From positions 704,001 through 768,000 of the forward strand of contig JBMNHS010000001.1 in NCBI GenBank assembly GCA_050950505.1: DNA of 64,000 bases, given 5' to 3'. The first letter of the stretch is position 1. Every line of letters starts with the position of its first letter. Origin of the DNA: Candidatus Methanomethylophilaceae archaeon (lineage in GTDB: Archaea; Thermoplasmatota; Thermoplasmata; Methanomassiliicoccales; Methanomethylophilaceae). Below the pieces are notes generated by a model that saw only the letters and a program-made list of their open reading frames with translations, was not told where the DNA came from and searched no databases. The position numbers and the translations under genes were made by a program. Shown piece after piece: positions 1 through 10,886 of this stretch.

Positions 1-2
1 CG

Positions 3-446
3 AACAGGTGGTTCGGCAAATCCAATTTAAGCATTGTCGAGAGACTCATCAACGATATTATGAGGACCGAGAAGTTCACCGGCAAGAAGATGAAGGCATA
101 CAAGACCGTTTCCCAGGCCTTCGACATCGTTGCCGAGAAGACCAACGAAAACCCGATACAGATTCTTGTGTCAGGTCTTGAGAGAGCGGCCCCCAGGGAA
201 GAGATCACAAGACTTCAGTACGGAGGAATCTCAGTTCCCAAAGCAGTGGACATCGCCCCTCAGAGAAGGCTCGACATCGCATTGCGCAATCTGAGCAACG
301 GAGTCGTTGAAATCTCGTCCAAGAGCAAGAAGTCCATCTCCCAGTGTCTCGCTGACGAAATGATGTTGGCGGCAAAGGGCGACATGCAGTCCTTCTCTGT
401 CTCCAAGAAAGAAGAAATTGAAAGAGTGGCCCAGGCCGCCAGGTGA
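3..446 (+). CDS. rps7: 30S ribosomal protein uS7 (5'-truncated by window)
   Basis: Frame is open from position 3 ([17 protein letters not shown]). Motifs [32 protein letters not shown]. Lies upstream of EF-2. Confidence 0.96.
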   Translation, partial: NRWFGKSNLSIVERLINDIMRTEKFTGKKMKAYKTVSQAFDIVAEKTNENPIQILVSGLERAAPREEITRLQYGGISVPKAVDIAPQRRLDIALRNLSNGVVEISSKSKKSISQCLADEMMLAAKGDMQSFSVSKKEEIERVAQAAR

Positions 447-470
447 TTTTTACCGGTAGTGTGAGATAAA

Positions 471-2678
471 ATGGGAAGGAAAAGGGAAAACGTACGCAAA
501 GCCACAGAAATAATGGACACTCCTGAGTACATCAGGAACATCGGTACGGCCGCGCACATCGATCACGGCAAGACCACATTCTCCGACAACCTGATAGCGG
601 GTGCGGGAATGATGTCTTCCGAACTAGCCGGAGAACAGCGGGTTCTGGACTTCGACGATCAGGAAGCCGAAAGAGGCATCACGATTAACGCCGCAAGCGC
701 ATCGATGGTTCACAGCTACGAAGGCAAGGACTATCTTGTCAACCTCATCGATACCCCGGGTCACGTTGACTTCGGAGGGGACGTTACCAGAGCCATGAGA
801 TCTCTGGACGGTGTTTTCATTCTTTGCTGTGCCGTCGAAGGCATCATGCCTCAGACGGAAACAGTCATCAAACAGGCTCTCAAAGAGCGCGTCAGGCCCA
901 TGTTGTTCATCAACAAGGTCGACAGGATGATTGTCGAACAGCAGGTCACCCGCGAAATGATGATTGATAAATTCTCCAGACTCATCGCGGAATTCAACCA
1001 GAAGATCGCCGCAAGTCTGCCCGCCCCCTTGAACAAGGAATGGCAGGTCAGCATCCAGGACGGAAACGTAGGATTCGGTTCCGCTTACAACAACTGGGCA
1101 ATATCTGCGCCTGCGATGAAGAAATACAACATGACTTTCACGGATATTTTCGAATACTGCAGCCGCGAAGGCGGTCAGCAGGAATTGGCCAAGAAGATTC
1201 CCCTTCATGAAGTGGCTCTTGCCATGGCCATTCAGCACGTCCCCAATCCGGTGGACGCGCAGAAATACCGTATCCCCATGATTTGGAAGGGTGACAAAGA
1301 GTCCGCCATCGGAAAGGCCATGATGAACTGTGACCCCAAAGGTCCCGCTTCGTTGATGGTCACCAAAATTATCATGGATCCCCATGCGGGAGAAGTCGCA
1401 TTCGGCAGACTGTTCTCGGGTACCGTGAAGAAGGGAGACACCCTCTACATTTCCGGAATGCCCAGCCCCCAAAGGGTTCAGACCGTCGCACTGATGGTCG
1501 GAGGGGACAGGATAGCGATAGACGAATGCGAGGCCGGCAACATTGTGGCCATCACAGGTCTCAGAGACGCCATTGCGGGTTCCACTTTGACTTCCATCAA
1601 AGACGCGGAACCCTTTGAAAGAATGGCCCACTACTCCGAGCCCGTTGTGACGAAGGCAATCGAAGCGAAAAACACCAAAGATCTTCCGAAACTCGTGGAA
1701 GTTCTCAGGTCCATCGCAAAAGCCGATCCGTCACTCAACATCGAAATCAACAACGATACCGGCGAACACCTGATTTCCGGTATGGGCGAACTCCACTTGG
1801 AAATCACCGAGTACAGAATCATCAACGAACAGAAGATCGACATCATTTCCTCTCAGCCCATCGTGGTTTACAGGGAAAGCGTGAAAGGTCCGAGTCCGAA
1901 AGACTTCGAAGGGAGATCTCCCAACAAGCACAACAGGTTCTTCTTCACGGTTGAACCTTTGGAAGATTCCGTCGTGGAAGCAATTCTCGGGGGAGACATC
2001 GACCCTGCGGCAAAAATCAGAGATCCCAAAGTACTTTCCGCTCATCTCGAAGAACTCGGAATGGAACGGGAAGAGGCAAAAAACGTTGTCACATTCAAGA
2101 ACACCAACGTTCTACTGGACATGACAAAAGGTATCCAGTACCTCCATGAAACCATGGAACTCATCAAGCAGTCCTTCGATGAGGCCATGGACAGGGGTCC
2201 ATTGGCCGCGGAAAAAGTTTCCGGCGTCAAAGTGAAACTCATGGATGCAAAACTCCACGAAGACACAATCCACAGAGGTCCCGCGCAGGTCATACCCGCG
2301 GTCAGGGACGGTATTTACGGTTCCATGTGTCAGGCGGGAAGAGTTCTGCTCGAACCCATGCAGAAGTTGTACATCAGCGTACCTCCGGATTACATGGGAG
2401 GCGCGGTGAACATGATCACCCAGCGCCGCGGCACGGTCACGGACATGGGCCAGGACGGAGCCGATTCTTCTGTAAGTGCAATCGCCCCTGTCGCAGACAT
2501 GTTCGGATTCGCTTCCGATATACGCAGCGCAACACAGGGCCGTGCTCTTTGGTCCACTGAGAATGCAGGATTCCAGAGAGCTCCCAACGAACTTCAGAAG
2601 AAGATCGTGGAAGAAGTCAGAGTCAGGAAAGGACTTAATCCCGAACCTTACGACGACAAATACTACGCCGGAGTGTAA
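471..2678 (+). CDS. fusA: Translation elongation factor aEF-2
   Basis: AHIDHGKTT, RGITI, DTPGHVDF, NKVD; diphthamide loop LHEDTIHRGPAQ; 735 aa. Confidence 0.98.
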   Translation: MGRKRENVRKATEIMDTPEYIRNIGTAAHIDHGKTTFSDNLIAGAGMMSSELAGEQRVLDFDDQEAERGITINAASASMVHSYEGKDYLVNLIDTPGHVDFGGDVTRAMRSLDGVFILCCAVEGIMPQTETVIKQALKERVRPMLFINKVDRMIVEQQVTREMMIDKFSRLIAEFNQKIAASLPAPLNKEWQVSIQDGNVGFGSAYNNWAISAPAMKKYNMTFTDIFEYCSREGGQQELAKKIPLHEVALAMAIQHVPNPVDAQKYRIPMIWKGDKESAIGKAMMNCDPKGPASLMVTKIIMDPHAGEVAFGRLFSGTVKKGDTLYISGMPSPQRVQTVALMVGGDRIAIDECEAGNIVAITGLRDAIAGSTLTSIKDAEPFERMAHYSEPVVTKAIEAKNTKDLPKLVEVLRSIAKADPSLNIEINNDTGEHLISGMGELHLEITEYRIINEQKIDIISSQPIVVYRESVKGPSPKDFEGRSPNKHNRFFFTVEPLEDSVVEAILGGDIDPAAKIRDPKVLSAHLEELGMEREEAKNVVTFKNTNVLLDMTKGIQYLHETMELIKQSFDEAMDRGPLAAEKVSGVKVKLMDAKLHEDTIHRGPAQVIPAVRDGIYGSMCQAGRVLLEPMQKLYISVPPDYMGGAVNMITQRRGTVTDMGQDGADSSVSAIAPVADMFGFASDIRSATQGRALWSTENAGFQRAPNELQKKIVEEVRVRKGLNPEPYDDKYYAGV

Positions 2679-2748
2679 ACATTAAATAATAAACATATTA
2701 TGGACAATCAGTTTAAGTAAAAATTATATAAATAAGGAGTGAAAAAAT

Positions 2749-4008
2749 ATGGCTAAAGAGCACATGAATCTGGTCATCATAGGTCACGTCGACCACGGGA
2801 AGTCGACCCTTACGGGAAGACTCCTCCTCGACGCGAATGCTATCGAGCCTCACTTGGTTGAAAAATACAAAAAAGAAGCCGAAGAGAAAGGTAAAGGTAC
2901 CTTCTATTTCGCATGGGTCATGGACGGCCTTAAGGAAGAGAGGGAAAGAGGAGTCACTATCGATATCGCGCACAAAAAGTTCGAGACCGAAAAGTACAAC
3001 TACACCGTCATCGACGCCCCCGGTCACCGTGACTTCGTCAAGAACATGATCACCGGTACTTCCCAGGCAGATGCCGCAATCATCACCTGCTCCGCTATCG
3101 AAGGTCCCCAGGCACAGACCAAGGAACACGTCTTCCTCGCAGTCACCTTGGGTATCAAGCAGATCATCGTCGTCATCAACAAGATGGACGCCGTCGACTA
3201 CAGCGAAGAAAAGTTCAACGATGCAGCCAACGAAATGATCAAACTGATGAAATCCGTCGGCTCGACCCCCAAGGAAGTCATTCCGATTTCCGCGTACATG
3301 GGCGACAACATCAAGACCAAATCCGACAAGACCCCTTACTACAAGGGTGCAACCCTGTTCGAGGCTCTTGACAACTTCGAGGTTCCCGCCAAACACACCG
3401 AGAAACCCCTCAGGCTTCCGGTTCAGGACGTATACACGATTACCGGTATCGGAACCGTTCCCGTCGGCCGTGTCGAAACCGGAATCCTCAAGCCCAACAT
3501 GGCTGTCATGTTTGAACCTTCTCACATCAAGGGAGAAGTCAAATCCATTGAGGCACACCACGAGGTTCTTCCCCAGGCATTGCCCGGTGACAACGTCGGA
3601 TTCAACGTCCGCGGTGTGGCAAAGAACGACATCAAGAGAGGAGACGTCGCAGGTCCTGTTGACAACCCCCCCACCGTTGCAAAATCCTTTGTCGCGCAGA
3701 TTGTTGTCTTGAACCACCCCTCGGTGATCACAGTCGGATACACCCCCGTGTTCCACTGCCACACCACGCAGACCGCGTGCAGAATCACCGAACTGATCAA
3801 GACCCTCGATCCCAAGAGCGGTGCAGTCAAGGAAGAAAACCCTGACTACCTGAAGACCGGAGACATTGCCTTCGTAAGGTGCGTACCCACCAAACCCATG
3901 GCAATCGAAACTGCAAAGGAATACCCGCCCCTCGGAAGGTTCGCCATCCGTGATATGGGTCAGACCGTCGCAGCCGGCCAGTGCATTGAGATCGAGAGAG
4001 CCAACTGA
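2749..4008 (+). CDS. tuf: Translation elongation factor aEF-1alpha
   Basis: [42 protein letters not shown]. Confidence 0.98.
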   Translation: MAKEHMNLVIIGHVDHGKSTLTGRLLLDANAIEPHLVEKYKKEAEEKGKGTFYFAWVMDGLKEERERGVTIDIAHKKFETEKYNYTVIDAPGHRDFVKNMITGTSQADAAIITCSAIEGPQAQTKEHVFLAVTLGIKQIIVVINKMDAVDYSEEKFNDAANEMIKLMKSVGSTPKEVIPISAYMGDNIKTKSDKTPYYKGATLFEALDNFEVPAKHTEKPLRLPVQDVYTITGIGTVPVGRVETGILKPNMAVMFEPSHIKGEVKSIEAHHEVLPQALPGDNVGFNVRGVAKNDIKRGDVAGPVDNPPTVAKSFVAQIVVLNHPSVITVGYTPVFHCHTTQTACRITELIKTLDPKSGAVKEENPDYLKTGDIAFVRCVPTKPMAIETAKEYPPLGRFAIRDMGQTVAAGQCIEIERAN

Positions 4009-4037
4009 GGCTCTCTTGCAAATCAAAAGGGATTAAG

Positions 4038-4352
4038 ATGTCACAGCGTGCAAGGATTTCCTTAAGCGGAACCGACCCGTTGAAGGTCGATAACGTATGC
4101 GGTCAAATCAAGGCCATATCTCAGAGGACCGGAGTGCCCATACGCGGCCCCGTTCCCCTTCCCACCAAGAAACTCAGGGTCCCCTGCAGGAAAAGCCCTG
4201 ACGGAGAGGGAAGTGAAACCTGGGATCACTGGGAGATGCGCATCCACAAGAGGCTCATCTACCTTGATGCCGATGAGCGTGCACTCAGGCAGCTCATGAG
4301 GATCGATGTCCCCGACGGTGTGAACATCGAAATGCGCCTTCACAGCAACTGA
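4038..4352 (+). CDS. rps10: 30S ribosomal protein uS10
   Basis: [32 protein letters not shown]; follows tuf. Confidence 0.97.
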   Translation: MSQRARISLSGTDPLKVDNVCGQIKAISQRTGVPIRGPVPLPTKKLRVPCRKSPDGEGSETWDHWEMRIHKRLIYLDADERALRQLMRIDVPDGVNIEMRLHSN

Positions 4353-4368
4353 AACCATTTCAATTAAA

Positions 4369-4408
4369 GGGGCATGGTCAATCCATGCCCCCAACCCCAC
4401 CCTTTTTA
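4369..4408 (+). terminator. Hairpin plus T-tract terminator after the str-like operon
   Basis: GGGGCATGG-TCAAT-CCATGCCCC (4369-4391), then CTTTTT. Confidence 0.65.
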
Positions 4409-4458
4409 ATTCAGTTAATTTTATACGCTATTCCTCAATAGTCCACTAAGGTAGTGCA

Positions 4459-6105
4459 ATGAGGAGCGACGCTGTCAAAAAAGGCATAGACAAGGCACCG
4501 GCAAGAAGTCTGCTGAGGGCCGACGGACTTACCGACGAAGATTTTGAAAAACCCTTCATCGGAATAGCCAATTCCTGGAACGAAGTGGTTCCCGGACATA
4601 TACATTTGAACGAACTGGTCGATGCGGTCAAGGAAGGAATAATCGAAGCGGGAGGAAAGCCCTTCGTTTTCGGCGTTCCCGCTTTGTGCGACGGAATCGC
4701 CATGGGCCACAACGGAATGAGATTTTCCCTGATTTCCCGGGAAGTTATTTCCGATTGTTGCGAAGTCATGGTGGAAGGTCACGCTTTCGACGCTTGGGTC
4801 GGAGTCACCAACTGTGACAAAGTAACCCCCGGCATGCTTATGGCCGCGGGAAGAATGAACGTCCCCGCCATCATGCTGACCGGCGGCGCCATGGAAGTCG
4901 GAAAAGACGGTGACGAGGACCTCGATCTTCAATCTGTTTTCGAGGCTCTCGGAGAATATTCCGCAGGCAAAGTCGATGAAGAATACGTCAGGAACATTGA
5001 ATGCAAAGCCTGTCCCGGCAGAGGAAGCTGTTCCGGTCTGTTCACCGCGAACACAATGGCCTGTCTCACCGAAACTCTCGGTCTGAGTCTAACCGGATGT
5101 GCCACTTCCATAGCCACCGACAAAAAGAAATTGCAAATAGCCAAAGACACCGGACGCAAAATTGTGGAACTTGCGAAGAAGAAAATCAAACCCCGCGATA
5201 TTGTGAATGAAGCATCCTTCAGAAACGTCATCAGAGTGGACATGGCCATCGGAGGCTCCACCAATACCGCGCTGCACATACCCGCGATATCCAAAGATTT
5301 CGGAGTCCCTGTGACTCTTGACGATTTCGATGAAATATCCCGTCAGGTCCCCCACATCACAAGCCTTAGGCCCGCCGGACCTTACAGCATTGCGGATCTG
5401 GATGCCGCCGGAGGCATTCCCGCGGTTCTCAGAAGACTTTCGGAAGTTTTGGAAAACGCACCGACGGTCAACGGAACGGACATAAAGGAAATCGCCGAAT
5501 CCGCCGAAGTTTTCGATGAAGAGATAATCCGTTCATCCGGCAATCCGTTCCACAAACAGGGCGGAATCGCCGTATTGAAAGGGAATCTGGCACCGGAAGG
5601 TTCTGTCATAAAACAGGCCGCGGTCAGCAAAGAAATGATGAAATTCTCTGGCACTGCCAAAGTTTTTGACGGTGAAGACAAGGCCACCGAAGCCATAGTG
5701 TCCGGTGCAATCGTTCCGGGGGATGTTGTGATCATCAGATACGAAGGTCCCAAAGGGGCACCGGGCATGCCCGAAATGCTTTCCCCCACCAGCCTCATCA
5801 TAGGCAGGGGACTCGGAGACTCCGTTGCTTTGATCACGGACGGAAGATTTTCCGGAGCTTCCAGAGGAGGCGCGATAGGTCACGTTTCTCCCGAAGCATA
5901 CGAAGGCGGCCCCATAGCCGCCGTGCGTGACGGAGACATTATCGACATAGACATTTCCGCAAGAACTCTCAATGTGAGACTGGCCGATGAGGAAATCAAA
6001 GAACGTCTCGCAACCGTCAAGAAAGTGGAAAGAGAAGTGACCGGAGTCCAGAAAAAATACCGGAAACTTGTTTCCAACGGAGCCAACGGTGCGTATTTGG
6101 AGTAA
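4459..6105 (+). CDS. ilvD: Dihydroxy-acid dehydratase
   Basis: [54 protein letters not shown]. Confidence 0.97.
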   Translation: MRSDAVKKGIDKAPARSLLRADGLTDEDFEKPFIGIANSWNEVVPGHIHLNELVDAVKEGIIEAGGKPFVFGVPALCDGIAMGHNGMRFSLISREVISDCCEVMVEGHAFDAWVGVTNCDKVTPGMLMAAGRMNVPAIMLTGGAMEVGKDGDEDLDLQSVFEALGEYSAGKVDEEYVRNIECKACPGRGSCSGLFTANTMACLTETLGLSLTGCATSIATDKKKLQIAKDTGRKIVELAKKKIKPRDIVNEASFRNVIRVDMAIGGSTNTALHIPAISKDFGVPVTLDDFDEISRQVPHITSLRPAGPYSIADLDAAGGIPAVLRRLSEVLENAPTVNGTDIKEIAESAEVFDEEIIRSSGNPFHKQGGIAVLKGNLAPEGSVIKQAAVSKEMMKFSGTAKVFDGEDKATEAIVSGAIVPGDVVIIRYEGPKGAPGMPEMLSPTSLIIGRGLGDSVALITDGRFSGASRGGAIGHVSPEAYEGGPIAAVRDGDIIDIDISARTLNVRLADEEIKERLATVKKVEREVTGVQKKYRKLVSNGANGAYLE

Positions 6106-6111
6106 ACGGGA

Positions 6112-6621
6112 GTGAGCGATTTCAAGGTTGACGAAACCGGCAAAACCCGCGACGGGTATTACACATTGCCGAAAAAATCGATGGGTTCAATGTATGTGAG
6201 AAGCATCATTCTTCTTGCGGTACTGGCAATCGTGGCGGTCGCATCAGATTATTTCTTGGTCTCTGAAGAAATCACGGGATTTCCGGTGACGGCTCTGATG
6301 TCAGTCTACGTCCTTATGACGATTTATCTTCTGATATGGCCCGCGGTATATTACGCACGTTACAGGTACCGCATCAACGAAGACAGGATTGACATCCGCA
6401 GAGGGGTTTTCGTGATAAAGCATACGGTGGTGCCCACCGAAAGAGTTCATCAGTTGGAAGTCGCCCGGGGTCCCATAAACAACCTTTTCGGATTGGCCGA
6501 TGTGACGATAACCACGGCCGGCGGCATTGCCGCCATACAGTATTTGGATCGGGAAACCGCGGCGGAAATCGCTGACAGCCTTAACGAATACATCACGGAC
6601 ATCATCAGGAGCAGGGAATGA
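6112..6621 (+). CDS. YdbS-like membrane protein with a bacterial-type PH domain
   Basis: Two TM helices, then YRYRINEDRIDIRRGV...VPTERVHQLEVARGPINNLFGLADVTITTAGG (bPH_2-like). Confidence 0.8.
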   Translation: MSDFKVDETGKTRDGYYTLPKKSMGSMYVRSIILLAVLAIVAVASDYFLVSEEITGFPVTALMSVYVLMTIYLLIWPAVYYARYRYRINEDRIDIRRGVFVIKHTVVPTERVHQLEVARGPINNLFGLADVTITTAGGIAAIQYLDRETAAEIADSLNEYITDIIRSRE

Positions 6622-8168
6622 CCGGTGGCAGAAACATCGTCATGGATCCGCCGGTCCGCCAGGACGGAATCGGTTCCGACGAAGAATTTCGGCAACACCC
6701 CATAAAGGTTGTCGAAGAAGTTTTCACCGTGACAACCCTAGCGTTTTTTACCATACTCATATTGCCGGTTTTCATTTCGGAAACCGAGTCCGGAATAGCA
6801 AACTATGCCGTTCCGATATCCGCCGGAATTTTTCTGGCAATAGTTGCTTCGGGGTTATGGGTATCATACTGGCGTTGGAGAAATACCGTAATCAGATTCA
6901 AAGAAACGGAAGTAACGGTGTTCCGGGACACGGTGTTCAAAAGAGAAGTTCGGATAGCATACACGAAAATAGCGTCCACGAACGTCAACAGAGGAATAAT
7001 CAACCGTTTGACCGGCACGTCAAAACTGATGATAAACATAAACAGCAGCGTCAACGCAATTGTGCCGGAATTGACACTGACTTTTGATGCGTATCTGACT
7101 GACAGAATACGCAAAGATCTGGCGACGAAGATGCAGAACACGGAGTTCGTCACCGATTCGGAGATGCCTTCTTTACTGAGGGTCACCGACAAGGACATCA
7201 TCATCCACAGTCTTCTTTCACAGCCGACCGCGTCTTCCATTTTCGGAATCATGATGTTTTTGACGGCCGTCAGTGAAATCATTCTGTATTCCGAAAGCTC
7301 CGTGATGGGAATAACCGCGTTGTTGATGTTTCTGATGACTTATCTGATGCCCGTCGTCACGATGATGGTCCACTACTACAATTACAGGATTTACAAATCC
7401 GGCGATACGATATACATCAGTCACGGACTGATAAGGACATACAACAAATCTTTTAAAATCACAAGAATAAACGCCGTGCGTTTGAGAAGTCCGCTGATAC
7501 CCAGATTGTTTGGGAGATACATGATTGATGCGGAAGTCGTGGGTCTGGTTGCCGGAGACGAAGGAAGCAATCCCAATACCGCCCCGTTGCTTTGTCCCAT
7601 GAAGGATAAGGAAACGATTGAAAACATGTTGAACATTCTCGTCCCTGATTTTGTTTCGGACGATGAAAAAATACTGCAACCGAAAGAAGCAAAAATACCC
7701 ATATTCGCCCGTGCGGCGGCATACTCCGCTGTAACCGCGGCAATAATGTACGTCATTTATGACTCAATCCAATCATTTTACGTTCAGTCAGGTATTGCTC
7801 CGGGCAATCTTTCTCTTTGGTTTGCCGCAATAACCGTATTGATTGCAATCGGTTTCTTTGTTAACGGAATCTGGTCGCTCAGAGTGGTGACTTTCGGCAA
7901 AAGCGGGGAAGTGTTCACCTTCGTCACGGGAACCGTGGACCGTAAAGAGATTATGGTGAAATATGATAAAGTTCAGATTGCCACGACTTCGGAAGGCCCT
8001 CTGTCAAAACCCTTCGGTCTGGCAAGGGAAAACGTAAATCTGCTGTCTTCCCTGGGTTCTCAGAACATAGGTTCCGGATACTTCCGTTCAGACGACATGA
8101 AAGGAATTTCGGAAGAAACCATTGCCAGAATCAACGACCGGCGGTACGATTACAGAAAATACCTGTGA
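6618..8168 (+). CDS. YdbT-like membrane protein with three PH domains
   Basis: Three TM-hairpin/PH repeats (IAYTKIAST..RGIINRLTG; FKITRINAV..PLIPRLFG; VKYDKVQIA..GPLSKPFG); ATGA overlap with the upstream gene. Confidence 0.78.
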   Translation: MTGGRNIVMDPPVRQDGIGSDEEFRQHPIKVVEEVFTVTTLAFFTILILPVFISETESGIANYAVPISAGIFLAIVASGLWVSYWRWRNTVIRFKETEVTVFRDTVFKREVRIAYTKIASTNVNRGIINRLTGTSKLMININSSVNAIVPELTLTFDAYLTDRIRKDLATKMQNTEFVTDSEMPSLLRVTDKDIIIHSLLSQPTASSIFGIMMFLTAVSEIILYSESSVMGITALLMFLMTYLMPVVTMMVHYYNYRIYKSGDTIYISHGLIRTYNKSFKITRINAVRLRSPLIPRLFGRYMIDAEVVGLVAGDEGSNPNTAPLLCPMKDKETIENMLNILVPDFVSDDEKILQPKEAKIPIFARAAAYSAVTAAIMYVIYDSIQSFYVQSGIAPGNLSLWFAAITVLIAIGFFVNGIWSLRVVTFGKSGEVFTFVTGTVDRKEIMVKYDKVQIATTSEGPLSKPFGLARENVNLLSSLGSQNIGSGYFRSDDMKGISEETIARINDRRYDYRKYL

Positions 8169-8426
8169 TCATTCCTGTATTTTTTTGGACCAGGTCATCA
8201 GCAACACGGCAAGTTCTTCGGCCGCATCCGGGTCGATTCCCTCTTCTTCGGCGAAATTTCTGTATCTGGAGATGACGGCGTCTTCCACTTCTTTATTCAA
8301 AACCGGCGTGCCGGATTCTTTTTTGACCTTCCCTATTTCGGATGCTATATGCAATCTCTCGGAAACCAGTGTCAATATTTTTTCATCGGTGAACGCTATT
8401 TTTTTTCTCAATTCCGCAAGATTCAT
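8169..8426 (-). CDS. Chorismate mutase (AroQ type)
   Basis: LAELRKKIAFTDEKILTLVSERLHIASEIGKVK..PV; start overlaps the aroC stop. Confidence 0.88.
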   Translation of the reverse strand: MNLAELRKKIAFTDEKILTLVSERLHIASEIGKVKKESGTPVLNKEVEDAVISRYRNFAEEEGIDPDAAEELAVLLMTWSKKIQE

Positions 8427-9478
8427 CAATATCGCCTCATGATTTGATCCGCAAGCACCAATGCAGTCATCGATTCCACGACGACGGCAACCCTCGGAAC
8501 AATACAGGGATCGTGTCTTCCGGTTATGCGTATGTCAACGGTTTCGTCGGTTCTCAAATCCACGGTGCTTTGTATTCTCGATATGGACGGCGTGGGTTTG
8601 AAAGCGCATCTGAACACCAGGGGAGAGCCGTTGCTCATGCCCCCCACAAGCCCTCCGAGATTGTTCGTTATTGTTTTCACTCCGTTTTTGTAGTGATATT
8701 GATCGTTGCTTTCGGAACCTTTCATCTCCGTAAGGGCGAAACCCTTTCCGAATTCGATTCCCTTGCAGGCGGGGATGCCGAACATCGCTCTCGCGATTTC
8801 GGAATCGAGGGATTCAAACCGTATCCCCCCGAACCCTATGGGCAATCCGGTCACGATGCATTCCGTCACGCCTCCGACACTGTCACCCATTTCTGCCGCA
8901 CCTTCGATTTCTTTTCTCATGTCAGCGTCAAGAAAAGAACTGCAGGATCTCGTGGCATGCATTTCGGAAGCCACGGAATCCGATATGGTGCGTTCTTTGA
9001 CGTCTTTCACGGAACCGATGGATCTGGTAAAAGCAGAAATTTCAATTCCTTTTTGTCTAACGAACTGTCTGGCGACGCTTCCGCCGGCGACAACCGCCGC
9101 AGTAAGTCTTCCCGAAAAAGGACCTCCGCCGGTTATGTCTATTCCCTTTGCTATGGCGGGAAGGTCCGCATGACCGGGACGGGGCTTGTAACCGTATTCG
9201 GAATAATCCTTGCTGCGGATGTTTTTATTTGCGATTCTGATGTCAATCGGCATTCCGTCCGTAACTCCGTCTCTCAGTCCGGACACGAATTCGGGAACGT
9301 CATCTTCTTTCCGACCGGTCCCTATGCCGGATTGTGGTTTTCTCAATGACATGTATTTGGACACGGACTCCGGATTGACTTCCATGCCTGCCGGCAATCC
9401 TTCCAATATACAACCCACGAAAGGCCCGTGACTGCTGCCGTACAGCGTAAATTTTATTTTTTTACCCATTTGATACAT
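8426..9478 (-). CDS. aroC: Chorismate synthase
   Basis: GSSHG, PRPGHAD, GGPFSGRLTA, DSVGG, FKPTPSI, GRHDPCIVPR. Confidence 0.96.
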   Translation of the reverse strand: MYQMGKKIKFTLYGSSHGPFVGCILEGLPAGMEVNPESVSKYMSLRKPQSGIGTGRKEDDVPEFVSGLRDGVTDGMPIDIRIANKNIRSKDYSEYGYKPRPGHADLPAIAKGIDITGGGPFSGRLTAAVVAGGSVARQFVRQKGIEISAFTRSIGSVKDVKERTISDSVASEMHATRSCSSFLDADMRKEIEGAAEMGDSVGGVTECIVTGLPIGFGGIRFESLDSEIARAMFGIPACKGIEFGKGFALTEMKGSESNDQYHYKNGVKTITNNLGGLVGGMSNGSPLVFRCAFKPTPSISRIQSTVDLRTDETVDIRITGRHDPCIVPRVAVVVESMTALVLADQIMRRY

Positions 9479-9503
9479 AACCGTCCATCACTCCTGTCAT
9501 CAA

Positions 9504-10346
9504 TCACTGCTTCATGAGACTGCGTGTTTTTGTGATTATTATATTTTTCAATCCGGTATTTCCGACAAATTCTTTCCCCTTTCCCTCTTCAGTCACTATT
9601 GCGGTGGCGGGACCGGATCCGGTTATGCCCGCGGCCAAAGCCCCTGCCTTCAAAGCATCTTCCGCAACGGAATTGTCCAAATCCGAAGCCTCGGCAATCA
9701 GACGTCCGTTTTCGGTCAACGCGCCCAGAGGATCGGTTTCTGACAGTTTTATCACGCCTCTTTGTCTGTCGGCAACCGCCGCAAGGGAATCCATGTCGAG
9801 GCCGCTCTTGCGGATTTTTACATCCGGGATATGAAGAATCACATCGTAAACGGGGAAATCTTCCATGAGAATCACCTCGTTGTCCGTATTGTTCGTTATT
9901 GTGAATCCTCCGAAATGACATCCGCAGGCGTCGTCGAAGGAACCGGTTTTCGTGACTCCCGCACGTTTTGCGCAATCCACGCCCAGCCTGATCATTCTCA
10001 TGGAGTCCACTGAATGCCCGAGTTCATCGAAAACGGCGGACAGTATGGAATTGGCGGCGGAACTGGAACTCTTCAATCCGCGGGAAGGGGGTATTTCCGA
10101 CGTGGTTTTCAGACGCCATCCCTCCGGTTCGTCAATTTTCAATTCGGCATAAGCCGCCGAAACGCAAAGTTCCGCGAGAAGCGTGGGTTCCGAAGGGTCG
10201 TTCGTTATCTCAACCGTTCTTTTCCGTCCTTCCGGAATGAATTCGGAACGTGTGGTCAGTTCGGTGCCTATCACCGCGCCTATTCCGCACGGCATCGCAT
10301 TTATGACCGATATGGCCCCCCAGGATATTCCCATGCCCACCTTCAT
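9504..10346 (-). CDS. aroK: Archaeal shikimate kinase (GHMP family)
   Basis: GAISVINA, IPPSRGLKSSSSAAN, TGSFDDA, GITGSGPA; GGAGGT RBS; operon with aroC. Confidence 0.92.
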   Translation of the reverse strand: MKVGMGISWGAISVINAMPCGIGAVIGTELTTRSEFIPEGRKRTVEITNDPSEPTLLAELCVSAAYAELKIDEPEGWRLKTTSEIPPSRGLKSSSSAANSILSAVFDELGHSVDSMRMIRLGVDCAKRAGVTKTGSFDDACGCHFGGFTITNNTDNEVILMEDFPVYDVILHIPDVKIRKSGLDMDSLAAVADRQRGVIKLSETDPLGALTENGRLIAEASDLDNSVAEDALKAGALAAGITGSGPATAIVTEEGKGKEFVGNTGLKNIIITKTRSLMKQ

Positions 10347-10439
10347 ACCTCCTTTTCTTTGATACGGAGAAAGTCAACGCTCCATATGACGATGTAAGAC
10401 GAAAGATATATAATATTTAGCAAGATAGCATTCTTTATT

Positions 10440-10516
10440 GGGCTGGTAGATCAGTTCGGCAGATCGCTTGCTTTGCAAGCAAGAAGTCGCGAGTTCAAAT
10501 CTCGTCCAGTCCACCA
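10440..10516 (+). tRNA. tRNA-Ala(TGC), intron-less, CCA encoded
   Basis: Acceptor stem GGGCTGG/CCAGTCC with the G3.U70 Ala determinant; anticodon arm CTTGC-TTTGCAA-GCAAG; T-loop TTCAAAT; TATA box (TATATAA) about 30 nt upstream. Confidence 0.97.
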
Positions 10517-10526
10517 ATATCCTTCT

Positions 10527-10553
10527 CACGGTATATTGATACCGTGCGTTTTA
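10527..10553 (+). terminator. Hairpin terminator after tRNA-Ala
   Basis: CACGGTAT-ATTG-ATACCGTG followed by CGTTTT. Confidence 0.55.
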
Positions 10554-10778
10554 TGCAGGCATTGTCCAATGAAGTTTCCGAGTACCGTATCCTTACGGAT
10601 AACTTTTGGAATATACAATTCAGAATATGGCATAAGACCGGTGATTCGGAAACCGTTCCGAGTGCATAACATATATGTCTTCATCCGGAAAATGATTTTT
10701 TAACGGCATTAAAGAGTCTACTCAACATTTGGTTGCAAAGTGTATAATAGGTATACTGAACTACGGATAAAAGATGGA

Positions 10779-10825
10779 TATAAACTGTCCGTTGATACCG
10801 GCTCGATGCGGTTCCGCATGCGGAA
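10779..10825 (+). promoter_or_regulatory. Putative TATA box plus a 14-bp perfect palindrome upstream of the ABC operon
   Basis: TATAAA at 10779-10784; TTCCGCATGCGGAA at 10812-10825. Confidence 0.4.
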
Positions 10826-10886
10826 TTTAGGTGGGAAATCGAATCCGGCGTTCATCCAAACCTATTTCGAACAAAGGAGATAGAAT

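Noticed and set aside
624-4026. Long antisense ORFs (335 aa and 437 aa) opposite EF-2 and EF-1alpha; similar ones lie opposite katA, alaS, GGR, serS and sufB
   Set aside because: Shadow ORFs from codon bias and scarce TAG/CTA/TTA; they have no motifs and fully overlap conserved genes.
10473-10703. 76-aa ORF after aroK
   Set aside because: Starts inside tRNA-Ala, crosses its terminator and has no coding signature.
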